Source of the DNA: Polyangiales bacterium
GTDB lineage: Bacteria; Myxococcota_A; Polyangia; Polyangiales; JADJQN01
Reading direction: 5' to 3'
NCBI GenBank assembly: GCA_964202905.1
Contig: CAXNJO010000006.1
Span: 160,001-224,000, forward strand
Length of the DNA stretch: 64,000 nucleotides
Shown here in pieces: positions 46,861 to 57,294 of this stretch (the stretch's first letter is position 1; every line of letters begins with the position of its first letter). The notes beneath the pieces were generated by a model. It searched no databases. It saw only the letters and a list, made by a program, of their open reading frames with translations, and was not told the DNA's origin. A program made the translations under genes and the position numbers.

Positions 46861-47418
46861 TCAGCCCTTCTTGCCGCGGGGAGCCTTCGCCGCGGCCGCC
46901 TTGCCGGGCGGGCGGCCCTTGCGCTTGGCCTTGCCGCCCGAGTCGCCGCCCGTCGCGGCCACGGCCGCCTCGGCGCCCGCGCTGCCGCCGGTCGCGAAGT
47001 AGCGCGAGGCGCGCTTCACGCCCTCACGGCGAATCGCGCCGGTGTCGAGCAGCTTCTGCAGGGGGCGCGAGAGGTCCTTCGTCGGCGTCGAGAGCGCGAC
47101 GCTGATCTCCTCCATGCGCTGACCGGGCTTGGCGCTGACGTAATCGATCAGCTCCTTCACGGTGCGATCGAGCTCGACGGCCGTGCGCTTGGCGCCCTTC
47201 TTGCGGGTGCGCGGGGTCTTCGCCGCCTTCGCCGCCTTCGCTGCCGTGGCGGGCGCCGCGATCGCGGCCTTCTCAGCGCGCGCGGGCTTCACGCTCCCGC
47301 CGAAGCGACCGAGCGCCGCCTCGACGTGCTCGCGGACGGCGGCGCCGATGAGCTGCTGGAGCTCCTCGGTGAAGTTGCGAATGGTCGTCTCGATACGTGC
47401 GTTGGTGTCCGCCATCAT
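46861..47418 (-). CDS. Basic Lys/Ala-rich DNA-binding protein with winged-helix-like C-terminal domain (nucleoid-associated protein candidate)
   Basis: N-terminal amphipathic helix, AAKAAKAAK linker, KGAKRT...YVSAKPGQRMEEIS...LSRPLQKLL...GVKRASRYF, and an AT-hook-like KRKGRPPGK tail. Confidence 0.75.
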   Translation of the reverse strand: MMADTNARIETTIRNFTEELQQLIGAAVREHVEAALGRFGGSVKPARAEKAAIAAPATAAKAAKAAKTPRTRKKGAKRTAVELDRTVKELIDYVSAKPGQRMEEISVALSTPTKDLSRPLQKLLDTGAIRREGVKRASRYFATGGSAGAEAAVAATGGDSGGKAKRKGRPPGKAAAAKAPRGKKG

Positions 47419-47762
47419 CCCTCTTCGATCGCGCCCGGTCGGGCGCACAAGCCACGAAACCTGGTCACTGCGCGATTGCAGCCAAGGCCGTGTTGGTGGC
47501 GAGAATGACACGTTTGGCGAGATGTCGAGTGGGAGAATCGTATTTTTCTCACCGTAGTCGGGATTCGGTCGGCCACGTCAGCCGCCAATCGCGTACCCTC
47601 CGCGCCGTGTCGCACCGCGAACGAGCCACCGAGACGACAGCGCGCAAACGCGCTGCAGGCCCGCTTTTTCGGCCTGTCGCGGGGCCCGTGAGGGCGTGCG
47701 TCGCCGGCGCGCCTCTCGCGTGCATGCGAGTCACGACCACGTCGTCGCGGGGCGTTTCGCGC

Positions 47763-50043
47763 ATGGACGCACCGTCCACACGGGCGCCGTTCAGGCAGTC
47801 CGCATGGGTGTTCGCGCACCTCGTCTGCGTGGCATTCGCATGCTCGCTCGCCACGCCCGTCGCCGCCCAAGAGGCCACCTCGCCCCGCGCTCCGAGGGCC
47901 CCAGAACGTGCCGTGTCTGCGCCGTTTGCCGCGCGGGCCCGCACCGGAGCGCGCGCGCCGGGCGCGTCTCTGCGTGGGCGCAGCGTCACCGTCGTCACGC
48001 GGCGGGAGCGCGAAGAGCGCATCGCGCGCTCGGCCCCCGACGCGCTGCGCTACGAGCCGGGCGTCAGCGTGCAGCAGACGGCGCACGGCCAGGCGAGCCC
48101 CTATGTGCGCGGGCTGACCGGTCAACAGGTGTTGCTCGTCTTCGACGGAGTCCGTCTCAACAACGGCGTCTATCGACAGGGGCCCAATCAGTACTTCTTC
48201 ACCGTCGACGAGCGCACGCTCGAGCGCATCGAGGTGCTGCGCGGGAGCGCGTCCACGCATTTCGGCTCCGATGCGCTCGGGGGCGTGCTGCTCGCGACAC
48301 CGATCGAGCCGCGCCTCGACGCGCACGGCGACGCGCTGCGCGTGCGTCCGCGGGGCTTTTCGCGCTTCGCGAGCGCCGATGGCGAGTGGGGCGGTCGCGC
48401 GCAGGTCGAGGCGTCCCTCGGCGACAGCGTCGGCCTGGTCGCCGGCGTCGGTTACCGTGATCTCGGACTGCTCGAGTCGGGCGGACTCGTCGCGAATCCG
48501 GGGCGCCTGCCGCCCGTCGTGCCGCGCTTCGACACCGATGGGCGCACGCAGCTCGGCACGGGGTTTCGCGAAGGGACGTTCGACGCCCGCGTCGTCGCGC
48601 GCGTCGCGCCGCGCCTGCGCGCCGTCGCCGCCGTGTATGGGTATCGGCAATACGACGCGCCGCGCACGGACAAATGTCCTCCCCCCGAGCAGCGCGTCGG
48701 TGCGTGCCTGACCATCGCCGAGCAGTTTCGGACGCTCGCCTACGCCGCGCTCCGCGGCGACGCGGGCCGCGCGGTCCGCGACCTCTCGCTCACGCTCTCC
48801 TACCAGCGGACGCACGAGCTGCGGACCAACGACTTCCCCGTCGCGTTCACGCGGACCTCGGGGCGCGACGACGTCGACACGCTCGGCCTCGCGCTGCGGG
48901 CCGCGACGCCGCGCCTCGCGCTCGGTGCAGTCCGACGCGGACGGCTTCGCGGCGGGGCTCACGCTCCGCTACGGGTTCGACGCGTACCGCGACGGCGTGG
49001 CGTCGCGCGCCTGGTACACGTTCACCGATGTGGGGGTGACGCGCGCGGAGCCGCGCGGGCAGTACGTCGATGGCGCGACCTTCGCGCAGGCGGGGATCTT
49101 CGCGGAGCTCGAGGCCGAGCCGCTCACGTGGCTGCGCGTGCGGGCGGGCGCGCGCTACGGCGGCGCGGCTGCGAGCGCGGCGGGCGAGGGGCGTTCGGGC
49201 ACGCGCCCCGTCGATCTGCGCGCGGACGCGCTCGTCGGTCGGGGGGGGCTCGAGGTCGCGCTCGGCCCCTCGCTCACGCTGCTCGCCAACGTCGATCAGG
49301 GCTTCCGCGCGCCGAACCTCGACGACCTCACCGCGCGCTCGATCACGGGCCCGGGCTACCAGTTCGAGAATCCCGCGCTCGTCGCCGAACGCTCCCTCAG
49401 CACCGAGCTCGGCGCGCGGCTCTCGCACGGCGCGCTCCTCGTCGAGGCGTGGGGCTACGCGACGCGCATCGAGGACGCGATCACGCGCGTCGCGCGCACG
49501 ACGTGTCCCCCGGGCGATGCGGCGTGCACCGGCTCGCGCATCCGCTTCCAGCTCGTGAACGCGGCGCGCCCGGCGCGGATCGCGGGCGCCGAGGCGCTCG
49601 TCCGCGCCGCCCTGCCGCTCGGCTTCTCGCTGCGCGCGGGGATCGCGTGGACGGTCGGCGATCAACCCAACCCCGAGCCGCGACCCGTCGCGGCCGCCGC
49701 GCCGTACCGCGAGCGCGTGCCGCTCTCGCGCGTGCCGCCCCTCAACGGCACGGCGGAGCTGCGCTGGCGCCACCGACCGACCGGGCTCTACCTCGGCAGC
49801 GGGATGCGCTGGGCGCTTGCCCAGACGCGCCTCGCTCCGCAAGACTTCGCCGATGCGCGCATCCCGGAGGGCGGTACGCCCGGATACGCGGTGTTCGATC
49901 TCCGCGCCGGTTGGCGTTGGGATGAACGGCTGACTGCCTCGCTCGTCGTCGAGAACCTGCTCGACGCGGCCTGGCGGGTCCATGGCTCGAGCGTCAATGG
50001 TCCTGCGCGCGGCGTGGTCTTTTCGCTGAGCGGCGGTCTCTGA
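47763..50043 (+). CDS. TonB-dependent outer membrane receptor; apparent +1 frameshift at about 48924-48925
   Basis: Plug motifs PGVSVQQTAHGQASPYVRG, VFDGVRLNN and ERIEVLRGSAS..FGSDALGG; second frame has QGFRAPNLDDL, ENPALVAE, TPGYAVFDLRAG and VENLLD. Confidence 0.88.
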
Positions 50044-50051
50044 GGTCTGTC

Positions 50052-51306
50052 ATGCGTTCACGAAATCCCCTCTCGAATCGGCTCTTCGTGGTCGTCCTCG
50101 CCGTCTGCGCCCTCGCCGGGTGCGAGTCGGCGGACCCGCCGCTCACGCCCACGGACGCAGGGCGTCCCGACGCCGCCCTGCCCGACGCGAGCGCCGATCT
50201 CGGCGCGGATCTCGGCGTCGACCTCGACGCCTCGGCCACCGACGCGGGCGAGGGCAGCGATCTCGGCGCGGACGTCGACGGCGTGCGCGCCGGACGCGGG
50301 CGCGCGCGACGCCGGGTCGCGTGTCTGCGAGCGCGCTGCGGGGGACTACTTCCCCGACACGGCGACGCGCGACACCGCGGCGTGGCCCGCGTGCATCTCC
50401 GACGACGGCACGTATCAACCCTTCTCGGCGGGCCCCGTCGGCGGCGTGACGCGCGCAGATCAATACCGGCAGATCATCGCGCTCCTCTTCGACCCGACGC
50501 GCGATCCGAGCACCGACGACTTCCTCGCGGCGCGCACGCTCTACGTCAACACCGCCGATCCGACGGCGGGCATCGCCCTCCGCCTCGGCCGGCGCGCGGA
50601 CTTCCACTACGAGGTGACGGCGCCCGCGGGGACCGTCTGCACGGACCCCGGCGCCGCGACGATGTACCCCGACTTGTGTGCGGGGCCGGCGCGCCTCGAG
50701 CCGCTCATCAACGCGGCCTTCACGCTCGGCTCGACGCCGGGCCTCGCGGACGCGCGCGTGCCCGCGGCCCTCATCGAGGCCGGCCTCCTCTGGTTCCACT
50801 ACCTGTCGGCGTTGTCCGAGGTCCGGGGTTGCACCACCACCAAGTCGAATTGCGACTCGGCCTGGGCCTACTACACGGGGGGCGCGGACCCGCGCGGCGG
50901 CATCGGCTTCGGCGCGTACGTGCAGGCGGCCGACCCGCTCGCGCACGACCGCGCGTGGGACGCCGTGCTCGCGGTGCGCTGCTGGCGCGACCTCGACACC
51001 GCGGTGCCCGCGGCGGATCTCGCGCGCCGCGACGCAGCCTACGACCAGCTCGACCGCGCGACGCTCGCGGGCGTCGTCTCGGTCGTGCGTGCGCGGGCGG
51101 CGCGGCTCGGCGAGACGGCCGGCAGCGAGCGCTCGGCCCACTGGGCGTTCGTGCGGACGCTCATCGCCTTCCTCGATCGCGGTGCGCGGCTCGTCGATCC
51201 CGCGGCCGCCGACGTCCTCGTGGCGGCGGCCATGCGGACGGACGCTGCGACGGTGAACGTCCCCGCCGTCCTCGCCGCGCTCGACGCCGTCCGCGCCTGC
51301 CCCTGA
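50052..51306 (+). CDS. Hypothetical lipoprotein, possible metal/iron-binding partner of the TonB receptor; apparent +1 frameshift at about 50280
   Basis: Lipobox LAGC and Asp-rich linker; continues in the frame WPACISDDGTY...RRADFHY...CDSAWAYYTGG...AVRCWRDLD. Confidence 0.68.
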
Positions 51307-51428
51307 CCCCGCACGTTGGAGGAGGAGGGCGGCGTGTGCGCGACCTGGCGCGTGCGCCGCCCTCGCCGCGCGGTCGGTCACGCAGCGTTGCGCCCCGAAC
51401 CGCGCGCCGCGTTCAGCGCACGCCGTGC

Positions 51429-52439
51429 TCAGCGCTCGCCGAACGCCGCCGCGCGCTCGATGAGCGCGGCGTCGGCGATGCGTGAGGCGACGCGCGCGCG
51501 CACCTCGCGGCCGACGCGCCGCCACTCGTCGTGGTTCGCGGGCGTCGTGCCGACCAGCTCGATGCCGCGCGCGATGAGCGTCTCGGTGGCCTGACGCTCG
51601 GCGGCCCGCGAGTTGCGGCGCCCGAGCGCGTGGAACTGCGTGCCCGTCTCGCTGAGCACCGCGCGCTCCTGCTCGGTGAGCGTCTGCCACGCGCGATCGC
51701 TGAGGACGGTGCCGCCGATGACGATGGCCATCGGGACATCCGTCATCGTGCGCGCGTGCCCCGCCCACTGGAGCATCCCGGCGACGACGGGCGGCGCGAG
51801 GAAGGTGTCGATGCGCCGCGTCTGCAGGCCGCCGAGCACCTCGGGCAGCGCGAGCGTCACGGGCGTCGTCCGAACGACCTCGAAGAACGACGGGATGATC
51901 AGGTCGTCGGCGCGCTTCCAGAAGCGCTTGCCGACGAGGTCGCGCGGCGAGCGGATCGGCGTCGACGAGAAGATGTGCGCCTGCCCGACGTCGGCCCAGC
52001 CGAGCATGTGGAAACCGGCCCGGACGATGCCCTCGTCGAGCGTCGGCGCGAGCGCGGTGCGCGCGGCGTCGAGCTGCTCGTAGCGCAGAAACGTGCCGGG
52101 GAGCTGGAGCACGAGCGCGGGGCGGTAGATCTGCGAGAGCCCGAGCGAGGTCACCGTGCAGCCGTCGAGGCGCCCGCCGCGGATCTTGCGGAGGAGCTCC
52201 GGCTCGTCGCCCTGCACGCCGCCCGCGTAGAAGCGGAACTGCACCGAGCGGTTCGTGCGGCGGCGCAGCTCGCGGTTCCACGCCTCGAAGCCGCGCATCA
52301 GCGGCGACCCGGGCGGCGCGACGGTGGCGATCGAGATCGTCTTGGTCGCGGGCTCCTGCGCCGTGATGCGGCCCTCGAGCGGGAGCGTGGCGAGGGAGAG
52401 CGCGAGGACGAGCCAGGCGAGCGGGGCGAGTCGCTTCAT
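51429..52439 (-). CDS. TRAP transporter substrate-binding protein (DctP family)
   Basis: ISIATVAPPGSP, FYAGGVQGDE, KIRGGRLDG, PIRSPRDL and EVLGGLQT. Confidence 0.9.
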   Translation of the reverse strand: MKRLAPLAWLVLALSLATLPLEGRITAQEPATKTISIATVAPPGSPLMRGFEAWNRELRRRTNRSVQFRFYAGGVQGDEPELLRKIRGGRLDGCTVTSLGLSQIYRPALVLQLPGTFLRYEQLDAARTALAPTLDEGIVRAGFHMLGWADVGQAHIFSSTPIRSPRDLVGKRFWKRADDLIIPSFFEVVRTTPVTLALPEVLGGLQTRRIDTFLAPPVVAGMLQWAGHARTMTDVPMAIVIGGTVLSDRAWQTLTEQERAVLSETGTQFHALGRRNSRAAERQATETLIARGIELVGTTPANHDEWRRVGREVRARVASRIADAALIERAAAFGER

Positions 52440-52629
52440 GCAGCGACCGTAACAGAACGTCATGCGTGTCGTGCGCGCGGGGCAGAAGGCGCACCGTCGA
52501 GCCGCGCGACTGAATCGCGGTTCAGCGTGGCGCGGCCGGACGTCGGCACTCCGCGCGGCGGTCTTCACGACGCGGCGTTGCTCGCGATGGGGCGGTGTTC
52601 GCGGCGCGGCGAAGTGGGCGGTGCGCGCG

Positions 52630-54015
52630 TCAGCGCAGGCGCACCGCGCCGTGGTGCAGCGTCGAGCTGTCGAGGGACGGGACGTCGGGCAACGGGCCCT
52701 CGAGGCAGCGCTTGAAACGCGCCGTCCCGCTCGAGGCGCCGGGGCGCGCGCGCGCGACGATGCGCGCGGTGCCCCGCAGCCGACGGACCATCACGTCGAG
52801 CTCGCCGGTGACGGGCTGATCGCTCGCGCTGAGCGCGTCGCCGTGGCAGCGCGTGGCCTGTCGCGTGAGCCACTGCGCGACCGATTCGGGGCGCCCGGCG
52901 GGCTGCGCCGCGAGAGCCGCGCGGCGGCCCGCGGCCTCCGTCGCGGCAGGCGTGCCCGGTGCGCGCTCGGTGATCGCCTTCCACGCGGCGTCGGCCCAGG
53001 CCGACTCGCCCGCCGCGACCGCGGCCTCGGCGGCGGCGGCGAGCACGCGCGCCGCGCGCTCCGCGGGGATCTCGGCGGGCAGCGAGGCCCCGGCGGGATC
53101 GCCCGTGCGCACGAGCAGCTCGCCGACGAGCGGCGCCGCGAGCGCGGCCGCGGTGTCGTCGGGCTCCGCGAGGATCGCGAGCCCCGTGGCGCGCGCCCCG
53201 GCCGGATCGCTGAATCGCTCCGCGACGAAGGAGGCGACGCGGATCTGGGCGCGGAGCGGCGCGTCCGCCCCCTCGGCGAGGGCACGGGCGTAGAGGCGCG
53301 CGGCCGTCGCCCCGCTCGAGAGCGCGGCCTGCTCGGCGAGGGCCGCCGCGCGGACCGGCCCGACGGGCGCGTTGGCGACGACCACCGCGAGGCCGCTGCG
53401 TGCGCTCGCCGCGTCCCCGAGCTCCGCGGCGAGCGTGCTCTCGCGGAGACGCGCCCAGAGGCCGGGCGGGGTCGAGCCGCCCGTGGCCGCGGCCTGGGCA
53501 TACGCGGTGCGCGCCGCGGCGAACGACGGCGCGGGATCGCCGTCGCCGCGCGCGCGCAGCCCGAAGCCCTCCGCGCGGCGCAGCTCCGCGAGCAGCAGCC
53601 AGCCCCCCGGCGTGAGCGCGGCGCCCATCCGCTCGAGCGTGCGGAGCAGGCGCGCCTGCGCCGCTCGTTCGCGCTCGATCACCGCGCGGTGCGTCGGCCC
53701 CTGCGTCGTGGTCGTGAGTCCCCGCTCGCGGATCGCGCGCTCGATGCCCGCGCGCTCCACGCCGGCGCGGGCGCGCTCCTGCCAGGCCTCGCGCGCGCGA
53801 CGGGGGAGGGCGGCGAGCGTGTCCGCGTCGGGCGGGGACGGCGCCGCGAGGTCCGCCGCCTCCGTCGCGCCCGTGCCGGGGCTGCGCGTGCCGCGGATGT
53901 CGAGGGTCCCGAAGGACGCGGGGGGCCCGGCGTGCGCGAGGGAGGGCGCGGCGAGCGGGGCGGCGGCGAGCACGAGCGCGGGCAGGAGCCGGCGGAGACG
54001 GGAGGGCGCGGTCAT
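52630..54015 (-). CDS. Exported Ala-rich helical (TPR-like) protein with possible AgmX/PglI-like C-terminal domain
   Basis: Signal peptide ending AHA; C-terminal RCHGDAL...VTGELDV...KRCLEG pattern; TACGCT 7 nt before the ATG. Confidence 0.62.
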   Translation of the reverse strand: MTAPSRLRRLLPALVLAAAPLAAPSLAHAGPPASFGTLDIRGTRSPGTGATEAADLAAPSPPDADTLAALPRRAREAWQERARAGVERAGIERAIRERGLTTTTQGPTHRAVIERERAAQARLLRTLERMGAALTPGGWLLLAELRRAEGFGLRARGDGDPAPSFAAARTAYAQAAATGGSTPPGLWARLRESTLAAELGDAASARSGLAVVVANAPVGPVRAAALAEQAALSSGATAARLYARALAEGADAPLRAQIRVASFVAERFSDPAGARATGLAILAEPDDTAAALAAPLVGELLVRTGDPAGASLPAEIPAERAARVLAAAAEAAVAAGESAWADAAWKAITERAPGTPAATEAAGRRAALAAQPAGRPESVAQWLTRQATRCHGDALSASDQPVTGELDVMVRRLRGTARIVARARPGASSGTARFKRCLEGPLPDVPSLDSSTLHHGAVRLR

Positions 54016-54632
54016 CGCTCGGAGCGTACGACGGTGCGCGGCGCGGCGTGAAGGCTCGCGGCGCACGCGCTCGGACCCGATCTCCTTAGATTCCCGTCGT
54101 TGCAGGGTTTCCGCGTTCGCGCGCGCCCGGCCGCGCAGTGGCGCGTCAGGGCGGAGCGAGCCAGGCCGCGGGCGGCGGCGCGCCCGTCCCAGAAGAAGGC
54201 CGTCTCGAGGCGGGCGAGGTCGAGCGGCGTCGGCGTGTTCCGCGCGCCGGGCACCACCCCGGGCACCACGACGCCGTCCTGCAAGGCGAGCGCGGGCGCG
54301 CAGCACGTCGCGCAGCGCAGGCCCGGGACGCGCGCGAAGCCCGCGTCGACGACGATCGCGCGGAAGGGCTCCGCTGCGCGCGGGTCGCCCGCGTGGCGGT
54401 TGCCGCCCACAAAAATGCAGAGGCGGCAGGACGGGGCGCGCGGCATCGGACCGCCGCCGAACGTCGCACCGCCGTCCGTGTCGCGGGGGGCGGTGCGAAG
54501 TCCGCCATGCCCATGGCGAACGCCCATCACGCGGCGCCACCACGCCCTGGGGCGCCAGGGGCACGCGGCGCGCTCCCCGATCGTGGGACGCCCCACCGCG
54601 CATGCCTCCGCGGGAGCGGTTGGCGTCGTTGT

Positions 54633-54665
54633 CATCGCGCGGGCGGCCCGATGCCCGCGGCGATG
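54633..54665. terminator. GC-rich stem-loop immediately outside the att-like site
   Basis: catcg-cgcgggc...gcccgcg-g-cgatg inverted repeat; it would lie directly 3' of a minus-strand tRNA. No clear U-tract. Confidence 0.4.
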
Positions 54666-54667
54666 GT

Positions 54668-54678
54668 TGGCGTCCCCA
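54668..54678 (-). other. att-like core: 3' end of a tRNA-Glu-like gene (TGGGGACGCCA on minus strand)
   Basis: Plus strand TGGCGTCCCCA, then GTAGGAACCGAG instead of an intact T-arm (GGATTCGAACC); coincides with the switch to mobile-element gene content. Confidence 0.6.
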
Positions 54679-54762
54679 GTAGGAACCGAGACGTTCGTGA
54701 CCAGGAAGCTCGCGCTGGTCGTGTAGGCGCAGCCGCCCGGCTTCCCACGTCTCCCGCAGACG

Positions 54763-57282
54763 TCAGATCACCACGGTCGTCGGGACGGCCACGCCCACCT
54801 GGGCGGCGACCGGCGTCCAGAGGTCGACGTCCGTCTCCGGGGTGGTGATCGACACGATGAGCGCGTACCGCACCCCGAGCTCGCTGCGGTCGTGCTTCGG
54901 CTGGTCCTTCCACCATCCGGAGACCGGGAAGACGCCGACCGCGCCACGCAGCGCGAGATCGGCAGCGCTGCCGTCCCAGAAGTCGCCGTGCAACGACCCG
55001 TGGTGCCGAAGGTCAGGGCCGAGGAACCAGTTCGCGGCATCACTCTCGGAGCTGACATCGCCGCCGTCCTCTTCGTTGACCGCGAGCTCGTTCAGTCGTT
55101 GCCGGAACAGGTCGACGGTCTCGGTCGGCTTCATCACGTCGAAGCGGAGTCCGTGGGAGGCGTAGCGGTACCGCGTTCGCCAGCCTCGGCGGGCCGGGTT
55201 CGGCTCAATGAAGTACGAGAGCGTGACGCGCATCGTCACGGGCGCCGCGGCCAGCGCCAGGAGGGCGTCGGTCGGCCACGGGAGCTCGTGGACCTTCATC
55301 TCGCGCAGCTTCGTGTTCTCGAACGGCTTGATGGTGTCCTGCACGATCAGGGTCAGGGCGTTCTTCGCGCTCTTCGCCGCACGGAGCTCGCTCGGCTCGC
55401 CGAAGCCAAAACGCCTCAGCAGGAACCGCTCCCGCTGACTCCGCTTCCGCGCCGCCACGGCGTGCTGCTTCATCGCCTTGGTCCACTCCGCAGAGTGAAC
55501 GACGAGAGCGCGTACCGTCTCGGGCCAGAGGTCGGGGTAGTCGGACATGACCGTCGCGGCGATGCGCGCGACCTGGGCGGTTGCTGCGCTCGTGCCCCAC
55601 GTCGACTCCAGCAGGCTCTCACTCGGCTTCCAGTAGGTGGACGCGAGCGAGAGCTCTTCGAGCTGCATCGCGGCGTGGCCGTCGTGCGCCTTGTTGCCAC
55701 CCTCGAAGACCACGTCGGGCTTGATCGGCCATGCGCCGCTGAACCCAACTGAGGTGGAGCTGTAGGGGGACAGGTCTCCGGCCGCAGCCACGGGTCGGTA
55801 GCCGCGAAGTTTTGGGTCGGTCTCATCCAGATCGACGAGGTGCGTGCTCGCTCCGACGGTCAACGCGTTCCACGCCTGGCCGGGGTCACGGATAGTCTCG
55901 AGGTCGCTCCGCGTGATGTGATCGACCTCGGTCGTGTCGACGTTGCCCGCGCACACGACGAGCAGCCGCGCTGGGCCAGTGCCTGCGCGGTCGAGGAACT
56001 CGATCTCGCCGTCACGACTGATGAGCGCGCGGCCCGCCGCAAGGCCATCGACGGCCGCGGACCAAGATGTCGGCCGTCCACGGTCGCTGCCGTCCAAGGT
56101 CGCGACCGACATCGAGAAGACGCGTTGCCTCGCTGGCGCAGTGACCTCCGGTCGCGCGACGCCTTCGGCGGTCACGGTGCCCCAGAGGTCGGGCGGGTTC
56201 GTGCCCGTCGGGGGCAGGATCTTCACAGACTCGAGGCGGTGGCGGAGCACGACGCGATCCGTCGTGAGCAGGTGCGTGCGGAGATCGCCAAGCAGCGCGA
56301 GCCCGGCCATCTCGGAGCCGTGTCCATCGTGGTCGGTCCGTTGCCAGGACGGGTCGACTGCGTGCGTGTCGGCCTCGACCAACGAAGCAGACAGCAGCGG
56401 GTGCCCTCGGTTCACGCCGGTGTCGAGGACGCACACGGCGGGAGCGCCGTCCGGCGCTGGATCGAGTCGGTCGCTCAGATCGCGCACCCAGTCGGCCTGC
56501 TCGGTGATCGGCATCTTCACGAAGTCCGATGGCGCGTCACGAGCTCGGCGCAGCTCGGCGATGTCGCCCAGCACGTCGATCGACGACCCGAGCTGCAAGG
56601 GCGTCGCGCGCAAGGTCCGCACGACGCGGTCCGGGAACGTGAGCCGCCTCGCCCCGAGGTCGAGGTTGAGCGCTCTCGCGAAATCGTGGAGGCGCTCCTC
56701 CTCCTTGCCGTCCGTTCGGCGGAGCCACACCTCCCACCACATGCTCTGGTCATCTGGGGGGAACGCCTCTGCCTCGTCGGTCCAGAACGCCGTCAGGGTT
56801 GCGAGCTGGATCGAGGCCAGGGTCTCCACGAGGGCGCGGTGTTTCCGCGCTCCCTTCGGGGTCGTCTCCGACACGTACTCGTCGAACCGCTTCAGGAAGT
56901 ACGCGACCTTACCGTCAGGAACGAACACGGTCGCCATCTCCTCGATCGCTCCGTCCTCCTTCGTTCGGGTGCGGACGCCGAGGAGCTCGACCTTGGATCC
57001 GCGGAGGTCGAGCCCGTCGAGCTTCAGCGGGATGCCCGGCGGGCTCGTGAAGACCACCCCGATGCCGGGCTTCGCGCCGGGGACGGCGACCGACACGGCG
57101 GCTGCGGTCCGACGCTCCTTCGCCTCTGTGCTGGCGTGCTCGAACGCTGCCCGCAGCGTGCGCCCGTGGAGCGCTGGATCGGCCGGCGTGAACGTCTTCG
57201 ACTTGCCGCCTCGGGCGTGCGGGCGGTAGCGCTCGGGAGGGGACGTTCCCGGCACCAAGATGTGCGGTAGGTCTCGCGCCAC
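54763..57282 (-). CDS. S8 family subtilisin-like serine protease (IetS/Y4bN-like)
   Basis: Triad motifs VCVLDTGVN, HGSEMAG and WGTSAATA; CAGN oxyanion; IKPDVVFEGGN; WWEVWL; VTLSYFIEPNP; no signal peptide. Confidence 0.93.
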   Translation of the reverse strand: MARDLPHILVPGTSPPERYRPHARGGKSKTFTPADPALHGRTLRAAFEHASTEAKERRTAAAVSVAVPGAKPGIGVVFTSPPGIPLKLDGLDLRGSKVELLGVRTRTKEDGAIEEMATVFVPDGKVAYFLKRFDEYVSETTPKGARKHRALVETLASIQLATLTAFWTDEAEAFPPDDQSMWWEVWLRRTDGKEEERLHDFARALNLDLGARRLTFPDRVVRTLRATPLQLGSSIDVLGDIAELRRARDAPSDFVKMPITEQADWVRDLSDRLDPAPDGAPAVCVLDTGVNRGHPLLSASLVEADTHAVDPSWQRTDHDGHGSEMAGLALLGDLRTHLLTTDRVVLRHRLESVKILPPTGTNPPDLWGTVTAEGVARPEVTAPARQRVFSMSVATLDGSDRGRPTSWSAAVDGLAAGRALISRDGEIEFLDRAGTGPARLLVVCAGNVDTTEVDHITRSDLETIRDPGQAWNALTVGASTHLVDLDETDPKLRGYRPVAAAGDLSPYSSTSVGFSGAWPIKPDVVFEGGNKAHDGHAAMQLEELSLASTYWKPSESLLESTWGTSAATAQVARIAATVMSDYPDLWPETVRALVVHSAEWTKAMKQHAVAARKRSQRERFLLRRFGFGEPSELRAAKSAKNALTLIVQDTIKPFENTKLREMKVHELPWPTDALLALAAAPVTMRVTLSYFIEPNPARRGWRTRYRYASHGLRFDVMKPTETVDLFRQRLNELAVNEEDGGDVSSESDAANWFLGPDLRHHGSLHGDFWDGSAADLALRGAVGVFPVSGWWKDQPKHDRSELGVRYALIVSITTPETDVDLWTPVAAQVGVAVPTTVVI

Positions 57283-57294
57283 GGCCCGCTCCGA

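Noticed and set aside
47533..47550. Fur box upstream of the TonB receptor (GAGAATCGTATTTTTCTC)
   Set aside because: AT-rich with 5-bp inverted arms, but only about half the positions match the 19-bp Fur consensus. It could equally belong to the divergent gene's promoter.
387..54603. Numerous long Arg/Ala/Pro-rich alternative-frame ORFs in the track
   Set aside because: They overlap motif-bearing genes in other frames or strands and reflect the scarcity of stop codons at very high GC.
54012..54726. ORFs 54012-54635 (-) and 54100-54726 (+) as real genes
   Set aside because: No recognisable motifs, and they overlap each other. The downstream gene has its own -10-like element, and the plus ORF crosses the att junction. 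A short Cys-containing minus-strand protein cannot be fully excluded.
54668..54745. Intact tRNA gene
   Set aside because: Only 11 nt match an acceptor end. The T-loop consensus (GGTTCGAATCC) is broken and no cloverleaf can be built.
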